From Macrostomum lignano (taxonomy: Eukaryota), in NCBI GenBank assembly GCA_002269645.1, contig NIVC01002690.1, forward strand, positions 1-64,000: a DNA stretch of 64,000 nucleotides, read 5' to 3'. The notes under the pieces were generated by a model. That model saw only the letters and a program-made list of their open reading frames with translations, searched no databases and had not been told where the DNA came from. Position 1 is the first letter of the stretch. Every line of letters begins with the position of its first letter. Both the position numbers and the translations under genes were made by a program. Below are positions 9,901 through 44,750 of the stretch, in pieces.

Positions 9901-12750
9901 AAGACCCATCTGACAGAGAGGCCTATACCCGTGCGATCCACGAGTTTAAGGGCCAAGTCAGAAGGGCCAAGACGGCCAAGTGGCGCCAATATTGCGAAGG
10001 ACTTGAGGGCTCTCGCCCCGTAGCCCGCGTGGTTAAGGCACTCACTAATGACCGTTTTTCTAAACTCTCTGTTGTGAAGAGACCTGACGGCTCGGTCACA
10101 GAGAGTTCGGAAGAGACTCTAGAGCTCATGCTCAACAGTTTTTTCCCTAAATCTCCGACTCAGCAGGGCCCGCCCGACCACACAGTGGGAGGGCAAGGCC
10201 TAGCAAAGTCTATGATCACCAAAGACCGCATTATTAGAGCGGCAAGGTCCTTTAACCCGTTCAAGGCGCCTGGGCCCGACGGCATCTACCCAGCGTTCTT
10301 GCACGAGGCGGTGAAAAACCACCGCTTCCTGGACCTGCTCTGTCGTCTCCTTCGAGCTTGTATGGAGCTGGGCTATGTACCAGTTGCATGGAGAGAGGCC
10401 CGGGTGGTCTTTATCCCCAAGCCTGGAAAGAGCGACTACCAATCGGTGAAGGCCTTCAGGCCTATCAGCCTCACTTCTTTCTGCCTCAAGCTCCTCGAGA
10501 GACTGGTGCTTTGGCGCCTACTTTCGGTCGAGCTGAAGCGCTTCCCACTCTCGCAGAACCAGCACGCCTTCCGCGCGGGCAGGTCAACCGAGAGTGCTCT
10601 CCATGTCATTGTTGACTTCCTGGAGAGGGCCGTTCTTGGCAGCGGCTTTGCCCTCTCGCTTTTCCTGGACATTGAGGGGGCCTTCGACAACGTCATCTTC
10701 GAGGCCTTTTGCAGAGCCCTGGAATCCAGGGCCACGCACCCTCACCTTGTCCGGTGGATCATGTTCATGATCCGAAACCGCACTGTTGTGGCCCACCTGA
10801 GCGGCAGCTCTCTTTCGGTGCCTGTCCTGAAAGGGGGCCCCCAGGGCGGCGTTCTCACCCCCGTTCTCTGGAACATGGTCATGGATGAGTTGCTTTGCAG
10901 TGATCTCCACGACCCCATTCTCAAGGTGGGCTATGCCGATGATGTGACCGCGATATGCGCGGGCCCCTCGGTTGATACCATCAGAGACCTTCTGCAGGGC
11001 TTTCTGGGACGAGCGGAGCGTTGGGCAGACCAATGTGGCCTTAGACTCTCAGAGTCGAAAACCACAGCAGTCATGTTTACCAACAAACTGCTCTGGACCA
11101 TTAAGCCCCTCACCCTTTATGGAAAGAATATTTCCATGGAGAAGCAGGTCCGCTGCCTGGGCCTCACTCTGGACCACAGGCTTAACTGGACTCCGCACAT
11201 TCAAACTAAAGCCAAAAAAGCCCTGGCTGTACTGGCTCAGATCAGGCGCGCCGTGGGCACCACCTGGGGGCTCACCCCCAGGAAGCTGTGGTGGATTTAC
11301 ACTGCCATCATCCGCCCCTCGATCAGTTACGCCAGCCTCGTGTGGGCTAGCGGCCTGAGCGTCAAGAGCAACCTCGACGCTCTCTACAAAATCCAGGGCA
11401 GAGCCTGCCGCATGACTATGGGCGCTCCACCCTCTACTCCTTTTGAAGGCATGAATGCCTTCCTCTGTGCCCCTCCTTTGGATATTTATATCAAAGGAGA
11501 GGCGGCGAAGAGCACCCGGCGTCTTCTGGATGCTGGGGTGGCCTTCAAGAAAGTGCGGGCCTTTAAGAAGCGGTCGCTTATCCCGCACTCTGACCTCTGC
11601 CTCAAGGCTCTCGAGGAGTGTGGCGGGCTCAACATCCTCACGGACTCGATCCCAGCCACCCTTCTCCTGAGCCAAAGGTATAAGGTCACCATTCAGCCTC
11701 GACACGAGGCGAGTGACAGCTGGAGCGACTCTGAAGTCCACTGTTACACTGACGGCTCTATGAGGCATGGTCTTTCAGGCTTCGGAGCTTGCGTCTTCTT
11801 CAAGGGAGAAGTGGTGTGGAGCTACTCCCAGCACACTGGGCTCAACTCCAGTGTTTTTCAGAGCGAGGTGCTTGCCATCAGCTCCTGCGCGGCAGAGCTG
11901 CGCCGAAGGCAGCTTAGCGGCCGGAAATTTATTTTTCACTCTGACAGCCAAGCAGCCCTTCGGGCCCTCTGCCGCAGCACCGCCAGCTCCAGGTCCGTCC
12001 TGGACTGCAACACCCAGCTCAACGGGCTTGCGCTAGGCAACCAGGTGGAGCTCAGATGGATCCCGGGCCACGCCGGCTTCCTCGGCAACGAGCGCGCTGA
12101 CCTGCTGGCCAAGGCTGGCTCCGCCGGCGCGCTTTTGGGGCCGGGCCCGGGTGCCCCCATCCCCGCCTCGGTGATCAATTCCCGCGTTAAGCGCTGGGCT
12201 GACTCCGAGCATCTCCGCAGGTGGCACGACACCCGGAATTGTAGGCAATCCCGTGCTGCCGTCCCCTGTCCCTCTCCTCTCCTGCGTAGAGCCCTCCTCA
12301 GGCTCAACCGCAGTGACCTCAGAGCAGTTAGCATGGCCCTCTCCGGGCATGGCTGCTTCTCTCGCCACCGCTTCCTTCAGGGCCAAGTACCCGAGGAGCG
12401 GTGCCCCTTCTGCCGCTCAGGCAGTGAAAACGCCGAGCATTTTATCTGCCACTGCCCGGTTTTCACCAGGGCCAGGCTTACTCACCTCGGGCCAAACCCG
12501 GTTCTCTCCGACGTTTGCAGGCCCGAGAGCATCCCGCTGCTCGCCCGGTACCTCAGGGACACCGGACGAGCTGATTTCTTCCCCACCGTCGGTGAGGAGG
12601 ACCGCGCTGCAGGCGAGACCGACGGGTCCCCTGAGCGACACCACTTCAACGGAAGTCGTTGGTCGCCAGGGGCTAGCGGAATGGGCGGTCTCCTCCGCCT
12701 CCTCGCTGCATCCGCCGGACGCCCCCTGCAGCTAAGTCAAGTAAGTCAAG
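6935..12750 (+). mobile_element. Full-length non-LTR retrotransposon (LINE), LOA/R1-like, RNase H-bearing, about 5.8 kb
   Basis: Two overlapping intact ORFs. Flanked by a direct repeat ACTTCTAAGTCT (6923-6934 and 12751-12762). 3' tail is (TAAGTCAAG)2 at 12733-12750. It interrupts a 30-bp minisatellite. Clade assignment is by recalled motif similarity only. Confidence 0.95.
7411..8931 (+). CDS. LINE ORF1 (gag-like nucleic-acid chaperone; central region resembles DUF4780-type ORF1 of LOA elements; no CCHC knuckle)
   Basis: Open frame 7291-8931; first ATG at 7411 (MASNRSNKP..., 506 aa). Basic low-complexity N- and C-termini surround a core beginning SYADAAKR... Confidence 0.85.
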   Translation: MASNRSNKPAVDDTVPPASAGAVDSSAIPPATIGDASARPVEPTLSGASEKTPATPAAKKRSTTSGAARRRLNKARRAKEGGSQTGARGQRPAAAEASQSGAVAEEGLEPTEAPAQDREADAARRVDSPPEESSTDPRASYADAAKRQPAVVILGKDARLSPDQLKQVRSAVDGLLWKQTLKGTPLNIHSNATRDSCLLIWPSDADSGRRLLELLPEQSWDLNLAFCREDERPRTKRHRIWVPARSVVTSADELRKGLLAVNRELPAAGLVVHDTLKRTDGTGFTAILGLSDAWMRRYPHGSFINVGLWKLRIRSYEADPPRGSEQGGRDAEAAGAEAQASAQTAKANRPARQHGRAGKAERAAEGGGDRRPARSTKRRGLYQRAAEAVRTAKISQLRREVAGTPRRTSSSREGGDVPAGPNPSGQGRLETDPPAQAAGCSRALGQSEAEDPMDGGQRAANAAYCLPANRGPFAEEEPMDTGDPDPKPVSAEEEEELLAAATSDLQ

Positions 12751-12758
12751 ACTTCTAA
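8928..12758 (+). CDS. LINE ORF2: AP endonuclease + reverse transcriptase + RNase H + C-terminal CCHC zinc knuckle (1276 aa)
   Basis: APE motifs QEPW, GDVNAHH..WGS, SDHRFI. RT motifs KAPGPDGI, FRPISLTS, LDIEGAFD, QGGVLTP, GYADD. RNase H motifs YTDGS, SEVLAI, SDSQAAL, WIPGH.G..GNERAD. Zinc knuckle CPFC..ENAEHFICHC. Confidence 0.97.
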   Translation: MMPATTWCLQINTQHCVAASVNLMRTAEQQLPGLVFVQEPWMTKGKPNNVPSGYHCFCMAGSQPRPRSLVFAAKAFEAWMRPDLSTGDICVVQINNLIPNNKPVLVASAYFPGDAPVVCDALVNLTDYAASHRFELLIAGDVNAHHLHWGSKNINSRGEELLAYVSSTNLNFCNVGNAPTFNNGRWAEVIDTTIASPGLLSAVTGWRVWDEDSLSDHRFIRFCIGPTKQKPKVTWSRNVRNTDWAAFGSKLSRGLRDLDPPSDLSDCQMVDDLASSLGGAITTAFEAACPLKAYKGKKSAPWWNPELGALRRRARTLQRRALKTKDPSDREAYTRAIHEFKGQVRRAKTAKWRQYCEGLEGSRPVARVVKALTNDRFSKLSVVKRPDGSVTESSEETLELMLNSFFPKSPTQQGPPDHTVGGQGLAKSMITKDRIIRAARSFNPFKAPGPDGIYPAFLHEAVKNHRFLDLLCRLLRACMELGYVPVAWREARVVFIPKPGKSDYQSVKAFRPISLTSFCLKLLERLVLWRLLSVELKRFPLSQNQHAFRAGRSTESALHVIVDFLERAVLGSGFALSLFLDIEGAFDNVIFEAFCRALESRATHPHLVRWIMFMIRNRTVVAHLSGSSLSVPVLKGGPQGGVLTPVLWNMVMDELLCSDLHDPILKVGYADDVTAICAGPSVDTIRDLLQGFLGRAERWADQCGLRLSESKTTAVMFTNKLLWTIKPLTLYGKNISMEKQVRCLGLTLDHRLNWTPHIQTKAKKALAVLAQIRRAVGTTWGLTPRKLWWIYTAIIRPSISYASLVWASGLSVKSNLDALYKIQGRACRMTMGAPPSTPFEGMNAFLCAPPLDIYIKGEAAKSTRRLLDAGVAFKKVRAFKKRSLIPHSDLCLKALEECGGLNILTDSIPATLLLSQRYKVTIQPRHEASDSWSDSEVHCYTDGSMRHGLSGFGACVFFKGEVVWSYSQHTGLNSSVFQSEVLAISSCAAELRRRQLSGRKFIFHSDSQAALRALCRSTASSRSVLDCNTQLNGLALGNQVELRWIPGHAGFLGNERADLLAKAGSAGALLGPGPGAPIPASVINSRVKRWADSEHLRRWHDTRNCRQSRAAVPCPSPLLRRALLRLNRSDLRAVSMALSGHGCFSRHRFLQGQVPEERCPFCRSGSENAEHFICHCPVFTRARLTHLGPNPVLSDVCRPESIPLLARYLRDTGRADFFPTVGEEDRAAGETDGSPERHHFNGSRWSPGASGMGGLLRLLAASAGRPLQLSQVSQDF

Positions 12759-13197
12759 GTCTCAGAGAGTCTCACTCCACTACTCAGACTCTCAGACAGT
12801 CTCACTTTACTTTTCAGTCTCCCAGAGAGTCTCACTCTACTTCTCAGTCTCCCAGACAGTCTCACTCTACTTCTCAGTCTCCCAGACAGTCTCACTCTAC
12901 TTCTCAGTCTCCCAGAGAGTCTTACATTACTTCTCAGTCTCCTAGAGAGTCTCACTCTACTTCTCAGTCTCCCAGACAGCCTCACTCTACTTTCCAGTCT
13001 CCCATAGAGTCTCACTCTACTTCTCAGTCTCCCAAAGATATCTCACTTTACTTTTCAGTCTCCATAGAGTCTCACTCTACTTCTAAGTCTCAGAGAGTCT
13101 CACTCCACTACTCAGACTCTCAGACAGTCTCACTTTACTTTTCAGTCTCCCAGAGAGTCTCACTCTACTTCTCAGTCTCCCAGAGAGTCTCACTCCA
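12751..13197. repeat. Same 30-bp minisatellite resuming after the LINE
   Basis: Same unit and the same variant order as 6477-6930. Confidence 0.95.
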
Positions 13198-13609
13198 TAG
13201 CAGATCGCATTTCCCAAATCCGTCACCAGTTTCCAGTCATCACAGACCGCCATTCCGCAGGTGCATTAATCAGCACCTGCTCAACACTTGACCAAAGCCT
13301 CAAAGACTCGCAAGAAGGTTTAGCTAGAAATAAATTACGAGCCCGTAAGCTCATCAATCACAAGTCCTGTGGCGCACCTGTACAGAGTAATAAACTGGGG
13401 AGTTATGGCGCACTATTAAATTTCTAATTTGCCCGCCTGTAATTTTATCTTCACGAAATCGAGAGGATCTGGAGGAGTTATAGGGGATATTTGAGCAGCC
13501 GTTTCTCCGCTGACGAAAAGAGCAGCTGCATCCTTCATAATAGCTGAAGATTGATGAAGCCTGAGGTGGTCGGCTTCATTTTCAGAAACTCTGTCTAAAA
13601 GGCCTGGGT

Positions 13610-13890
13610 GGCAGTTTTGGCAGACACTGGGGATCTGAGCTGGCAGTTTTGGCAGACACTGGGGATCTGAGCTGGCAGTTTTGGCAGACACTGGGGATCT
13701 GAGCTGGCAGTTTTGACAGACACTGCATGAGGATCTGAGCTGGCAGTTTTGACAGACACTGCATGAGGATCTGAGCTGGCAGTTTTGACAGACACTGAGG
13801 ATCTGAGCTGGCAGTTTTGATAGACACTGCATGAGGATCTGAGCTGGCAGTTTTGACAGACACTGCATGAGGATCTGAGCTGGCAGTTTT
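13610..13890. repeat. 31-35-bp minisatellite (ggcagttttgacagacactg...gatctgagct)
   Basis: Directly visible. Confidence 0.9.
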
Positions 13891-14799
13891 GAGTAACACT
13901 CGGAGAGGCACAGGGGGAATGCAATTAGCTGAGTCGGCACTCAGGCGTTACTCCGCATTGTGTGTTGCAAGTGCAATTTCTGTGCTCACTGCTGTGAGGC
14001 GCAGTCACTACCGGGAGCTCTGCTGAGCAGTTCAATCTCACAGCCAAGCGTGGGTCACAATGCCATTCTGACAGCTGCAGACAAGAGCAGCTCCCGTAGA
14101 GCAGACGAAATTTGAGCGCTTTCCGACTGGCATGCGTGTGCAATACTATATTTGAGCAGCAGATAGAGCTGTCTCATATCTGCTGGGCAGCCAATACTAG
14201 AAATTTTCACTAATCCGGAAATATAAATTTTATTGGGATTCCAAAGTATTGGGGATTAAATATTTGGGTCAAACCTAGCATTGAAAGGTTATAAATTTTT
14301 ATTTGCGTCAATAACTGAGAAAAATACATTACGAATTTACTGAAAACAGCAATAAAAGTACATTGTAGACGGCCATAATCGGGTTTGAAAACACCCCTGC
14401 TGTTGAAATTTTTAAGCCCAGCTTGAGAGAAAATATAATGGAAGAGATCAGAGATTTTGTAGCGGAAATGCGGGGTTGGTAAGGCAAGGCGGGGATCAGA
14501 GGCCGTTTGGGGGGGGGCGGGACGGGATTACTCAGATTTGGTGGCGGAGATTTAGACCACGCCGAGGGGTGGGGCAGAAGGATACAAAAGAGAGAAAAGG
14601 GAAATTGTATAGAGGGTAACAGAAGGGTAAGTAGATCCGAGAAAGCGTGACAGAATACTGAGGGAGAGGGAGCGGAGTGAGGGAGACAAGGAGTGATGGA
14701 GACGGGGAATGAAGAAAGGGAACGAAGAGAGGAAGGAAGGGAGCGGAGAAAGGGAGATAGGAAGCGGAGTGAGGGATGTAAGGAGCGGGGGAGAGGGAG

Positions 14800-15472
14800 A
14801 CAGGGAGCGGAGAGAGGGACAGACATGGGATCGAGGGAGACAGACATGGGACAGAGGGAGACAGACATGGGACAGAGGGAGACGGAGATGGGACAGAGGG
14901 AGACAGACATGGGACAGAGGGAGACAGACATGGGACAGAGGGAGACAGACATGGGACAGAGGGAGACAGACATGGGACAGAGGGAGACAGACATGGGACA
15001 GAGGGAGACAGACATGGGACAGAGGGAGACAGACATGGGACAGAGGGAGACAGACATGGGACAGAGGGAGACGGAGATGGGACAGAGGGAGACGGAGATG
15101 GGACAGAGGGAGACAGACATGGGACAGAGGGAGACAGACATGGGACAGAGGGAGACAGACATGGGACAGAGGGAGACAGACATGGGACAGAGGGAGACAG
15201 ACATGGGACAGAGGGAGACGGAGATGGGACAGAGGGAGACGGAGATGGGACAGAGGGAGACGGAGATGGGACAGAGGGAGACAGACATGGGACAGAGGGA
15301 GACAGACATGGGACAGAGGGAGACGGAGATGGGACAGAGGGAGACGGAGATGGGACAGAGGGAGACGGAGATGGGACAGAGGGAGACAGACATGGGACAG
15401 AGGGAGACAGACATGGGACAGAGGGAGACGGAGATGGGACAGAGGGAGACGGAGATGGGACAGAGGGAGACA
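14800..15472. repeat. 21-bp minisatellite (gggagacagacatgggacaga)
   Basis: Directly visible. Confidence 0.95.
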
Positions 15473-16249
15473 GAGCTTCAGACGGGTACAATGGAAGGCA
15501 GAGAAGGCAGAAGCAGGGGTAGATGGAAACGGTGGGTCTGCGCAGAGAGGTCTAAAATCAACACTTCAGCGTGTATCGAGACCTCCGGTTCTCTGAGAAT
15601 CGGGGAGGAGGTGACTGTGACTGTGTCTATTAAGGCAAACCGCTAAGTGCATCTTTTGCCCCAAAACTGATACGGCACTACAGCCAGAAGCTACAGCCGT
15701 CAACCCGCGGTCTACCCCCCCCCCTTTAGCGCGTGTCCTCGAGGGGTCGGGGTGGCGGAGGCGGGGTTGGTGGGGAGGCCCAGTTTTTGACGGGAATGGG
15801 GGTCGGAGGCCGTCGTGTGCAGAGGGGGCCGCCTCCTGGCCAATGAGAGGTCGCCCTGTCTGCAAAATCTGCCAGGCCCTCTCCAAGCCAGAGCAGCCGC
15901 TGCAGCAGAAGGAGACGGTAATAAATCTATTCTCTGGGCAAGTCAAGGGTGCGCCTGTCTGCCAGCTTCTCTGACTCTTTTCTCGGCCTTCTTCCGATTG
16001 TCGTAAAGAAGCCATAATCCCCTAATCCCAGGCCTCTTAAAGCTTTTAATTCGGGAAAGAGAGAGCAGCGAAAGAATTTTTGAAAGTTAAAATTCTGCTG
16101 CCAGCAATCGGGGCTTTGATCTCGGGGGCGCATCGGGACGGCTGGGTAAGCGTTTGCGACTCGATTCCTGCTCGAATGGTCCGGAGTTCGAATCCACAAT
16201 CTATAAAGTAAGCCTAATCTCATGTGTATAACATCTTATTGGATTAATC

Positions 16250-16620
16250 TTGCTTGTCTAATCTCACTGGTCTAATCTCACGAGTCTAATCTCATGGTAT
16301 AATCTCGTGGTATAATCTTACTGTTAAAATGTTACTGATCTTATCTCACGTATCTTAACTCATTTCACGCGTCTAATCTCACTGGCATGATCTCACGCGT
16401 CTAATCTCACTGACATGATCTCACATGTCTAATCTCACTGACATGATCTCACATGTCTAATCTCACTGACATGATCTCACATGCCTAATCTCACTGACAT
16501 GATCTCACGCGTCTAATCTCACTGATATGATCTCACGATTTAACATCACTAATCTAATTTCAAATGTCTCTGAGGTTTAATCTCAGGTATCTAATTTCAC
16601 GTATCTAATCTCACCTGCTG
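16250..16620. repeat. 28-bp minisatellite (tctaatctcactgacatgatctcacatg)
   Basis: Directly visible, degenerate at the edges. Confidence 0.85.
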
Positions 16621-17173
16621 TCTAATCTCACTGACCAGAGTAGACGCCAAAGAGAGGCTGGCAATGAGATGGGGAGCAGGTAGACGGATTGCAGCCGCGG
16701 TGCCTGCTGCCACAGTCAAGCAGACTCGGTTCTGAGAAGCGAACTGGCGAGCGTGGAAGGAGGGGAGGCGGTTGTTGGGGAGCGAGGCAGCTGCTGGAGA
16801 CCAAACAGACTCGTGGCTCGTGAGCAGGGGGCGGCTGTCATGCTCAGAATTCCTGTTTAATTTGCAGGTCGGTCGGGTGGGTTGGGGAAAGGCGAGGGAG
16901 ATGGCGAGCGGCAGGAGGGGGAGGAGGGTCTGTAGGTACAGCCGGCTTTGATACCCCGCAGCTCCCCGCAGCACCCGACGGAGCAGACGGGAGAGCGGCA
17001 AGGCTGGGATTTCGGGCCCTGAGCAGTTTTCAAACAACACGCAGTTCTGGATCAAATATCCAGCATCCGCCATCCCCCATCCTACAGGAGCTCTCGAACC
17101 CCAGCCGGAACCCCAGCCGGAACCCCAGCCGGAACCCCAGCCGGAACCCCAGCCAGGACATCCGGGCAAAACC

Positions 17174-34010
<16,837 letters not shown>

Positions 34011-34123
34011 ATGTGACGCACATCACATCTCACAAGCGCAGAGCTAAAACTACGGTGTTGAGCAGCTCAGAGAATTTTAATGAGCTGCCGAAGCCAAAGG
34101 ATCCCCCAACTCGGCGGTGCCTC

Positions 34124-40918
<6,795 letters not shown>

Positions 40919-43345
40919 CTGGAAAGGGAGAATAATGTGGGGGATATAGATGGCTTTGACATTGCCTCAGATCCAGCTTAAAAATGACACACTGATCAGC
41001 CTCATCAACTCGAAACTAAGCTTCAGCCTCAGTTTAGGCGCCAAAATGGCATTGCCGATTGGCTCCAGCCTCAGTTTAGGCGCCAAAATGGCATTGCCGA
41101 TTGGCTCCAGCCTCAGTTTAGGCGCCAAAATGGCATTGCCGATTGGCTCCAGCCTCAGTTTAGGCGCCAAAATGGCATTGCCGATTGGCTCCAGCCTCAG
41201 TTTAGGCGCCAAAATGGCATTGCCGATTGGCTCCAGCCTCAGTTTAGGCGCCAAAATGGCATTGCCGATTGGCTCCAGCCTCAGTTTAGGCGCCAAAATG
41301 GCATTGCCGATTGGCTTCAGCCTCAGTTTAGGCGTCCATTATTTTCAGGGTCTCCGAGATCTACTGTTCAAGGTCAAAATGCTCAAACAGAGGATGAAAG
41401 TGATGAAGCAGGCTGGCTGGGAGAAATTACGACTATTTTTAGTTGGCACCCGTGCAGCCTCCGGAGGGCTTCATCAGCGCTTCATTCATTGCCAAGTGGC
41501 GCCCTGAAGTGCCGCTGAGAGCAAAACAAAATATGCTGCAGAGCAGATTTCTGAGCGGGCGCGGGTCATTATGCTCTTCGCAGCAACCTACTGAGCGCAC
41601 TCTGCTGCAGCCTGTTATGGGGGATTTGCTCCCGTGGGGATATTTGTGTAAAGATGGGCAAGCAGGGGGGGGGGCGGTGGGCCGTCTTGCCCGTCGCGAT
41701 CTCCCTGGGCGAGGAGAATTCGACAGCGACTTCACCGAACTTGACGTGGCCGGGGCTATTTAGCCGAGCTCCAGGCCAGTGAGCCCCCCCCCGCGTCCCC
41801 TCCTAGTAGCACAGAATCCCCAGAAATTTGGCCCAGAAATGGACAGAAATGGACGTATGGGATTTTCGGATTATCTCTATATGGACAACTGCCGCGGCTG
41901 GGAGGGTGACTGGGATTAGATGGGACAGGTAATTACGAACAAGATTCAGCAGCTTCTGGGGAATCGATGGCAGGCAATCTTCCCGGAGTCTGGACGAATT
42001 TGCATCATCGGCTGCTGCTGATGACGGGCCCGGGGCTGGGCAAATTGTCCTGCGCAGTCTAAGATATCGAGCTGGTGCCTTCATCTTCTGTTTATGGTGC
42101 ACGCATGCAGCAGCTCGATCAGCACCAACAACAGGCTTACCGTTGCGACAGAGAAGACGCTTCTCCAAGCAGTTTGATAGTTCTCAATGCCAGTAAACTC
42201 GGGCGATGAGATCAGATAGGGGAGAGCAGCAACTGCTGGCTTGAGCAGAGGGAAATAAAGAGACGCAAAGCCGACCGAGGGCCGGGGTTCGAGCCAGCCA
42301 ATCGGGGAGGGCCGAATGGTGAGGAGACCCGGAACCCCAGACCAAGTGTCTCAAGGATACTTGAGATGTGCCGATTTTGTAAAGTTTTGGATAAATGCTG
42401 CGGTGCGGACCCCGCTAAAAATGCATTCAAGACAGGTTAATTTTGGGCTGAGTTCGACAAGTGATCAAACTCGGGATATTTATGATGTCATTTGTCTCAG
42501 CAAAGCGTTTCCAAATCAACTTTTTTTCTGCTTTCAAGATTTATTCGGTTTTTATTTGAAGCAAATTCAGAATGCGGCTCGTATTAAAGACCAAGACAAA
42601 GTTTGCAAAAACTTCTGTGAAAACAAATTCCCCCAGAAACTTGAGGCCTTGGCCCAGAGGCACGACCCGAGATGCCAGTACTATTCTATTTTATAGGAGC
42701 TATTACACTCGTAGTGTCTTATAGAAACTGGGCTTAGTGGAGTCGGCTTCCATTCCAGAGCCCCAGTTCAATGCTGTCCCTGGCTGGGGGCGCCAGTCCG
42801 GGGGGGGGGAAGGCGAAGTTTTGCCACTAAACAATTAGATTTATCCCAGACCAACACTCGGCCTCTTTAGACCTTCGAAGAGTGAAGTGGCCGCCTCAGC
42901 GCATATGTCCGCTTATAATAAACTGGGTTAGGGGGTGGGGGGTGGGGCGCAGAGTCTTCCAGGCCACGCGGGTTGGAGCTGCCAGCGACTGAATGCCTAT
43001 TAATTTCCATATTTCTTTCTCGGACTCTTCGGTCCCGCGCAAGCTCCACCGGTTTCGAGCCACCAGCTCCTTGGCGTCCCCTCCTCTCCACCCTCCCTAT
43101 CTCCCCACTCCAGGCAGCTGGTCCGCTCGATCGTCCATCTTCCTCTGCGCCGGCCTCTCCTGACTCTTCCACGATCGCTGCGTCTGATCAGAGAGTCGCT
43201 TATTCTCAAGTAGCCCTGCTGCCTCCCTGCCCGGTTGAGCGAGAGGGGCGACTGTGGAGTAGCGGCTCAGAATTGGGACCGATTTGATGCCCTGGTGCCC
43301 GCATCTGGCGCAGTCTAGATATCTCCTTTGCCGGTCTGAGTACAC

Positions 43346-44750
<1,405 letters not shown>

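Noticed and set aside
12695-12715. GCCTCCTCGCT, identical to HDV ribozyme P3/L3 sequence
   Set aside because: The closing P3 strand does not pair and it lies at the 3' rather than 5' end; likely coincidence.
7019-12735. Many overlapping and antisense ORFs within the LINE
   Set aside because: Expected by-products of GC-rich coding sequence, with no recognisable motifs.
13416-13600. Minus-strand tail ORF SENEADHLRLHQ...KLEI
   Set aside because: Open frame borrowed from the adjacent repeat; no identifiable domain.
16130-16205. tRNA/SINE-like B-box (GGAGTTCGAATCC); similar motifs near 37755 and 42285
   Set aside because: No cloverleaf or acceptor stem could be formed and no convincing A-box was found.
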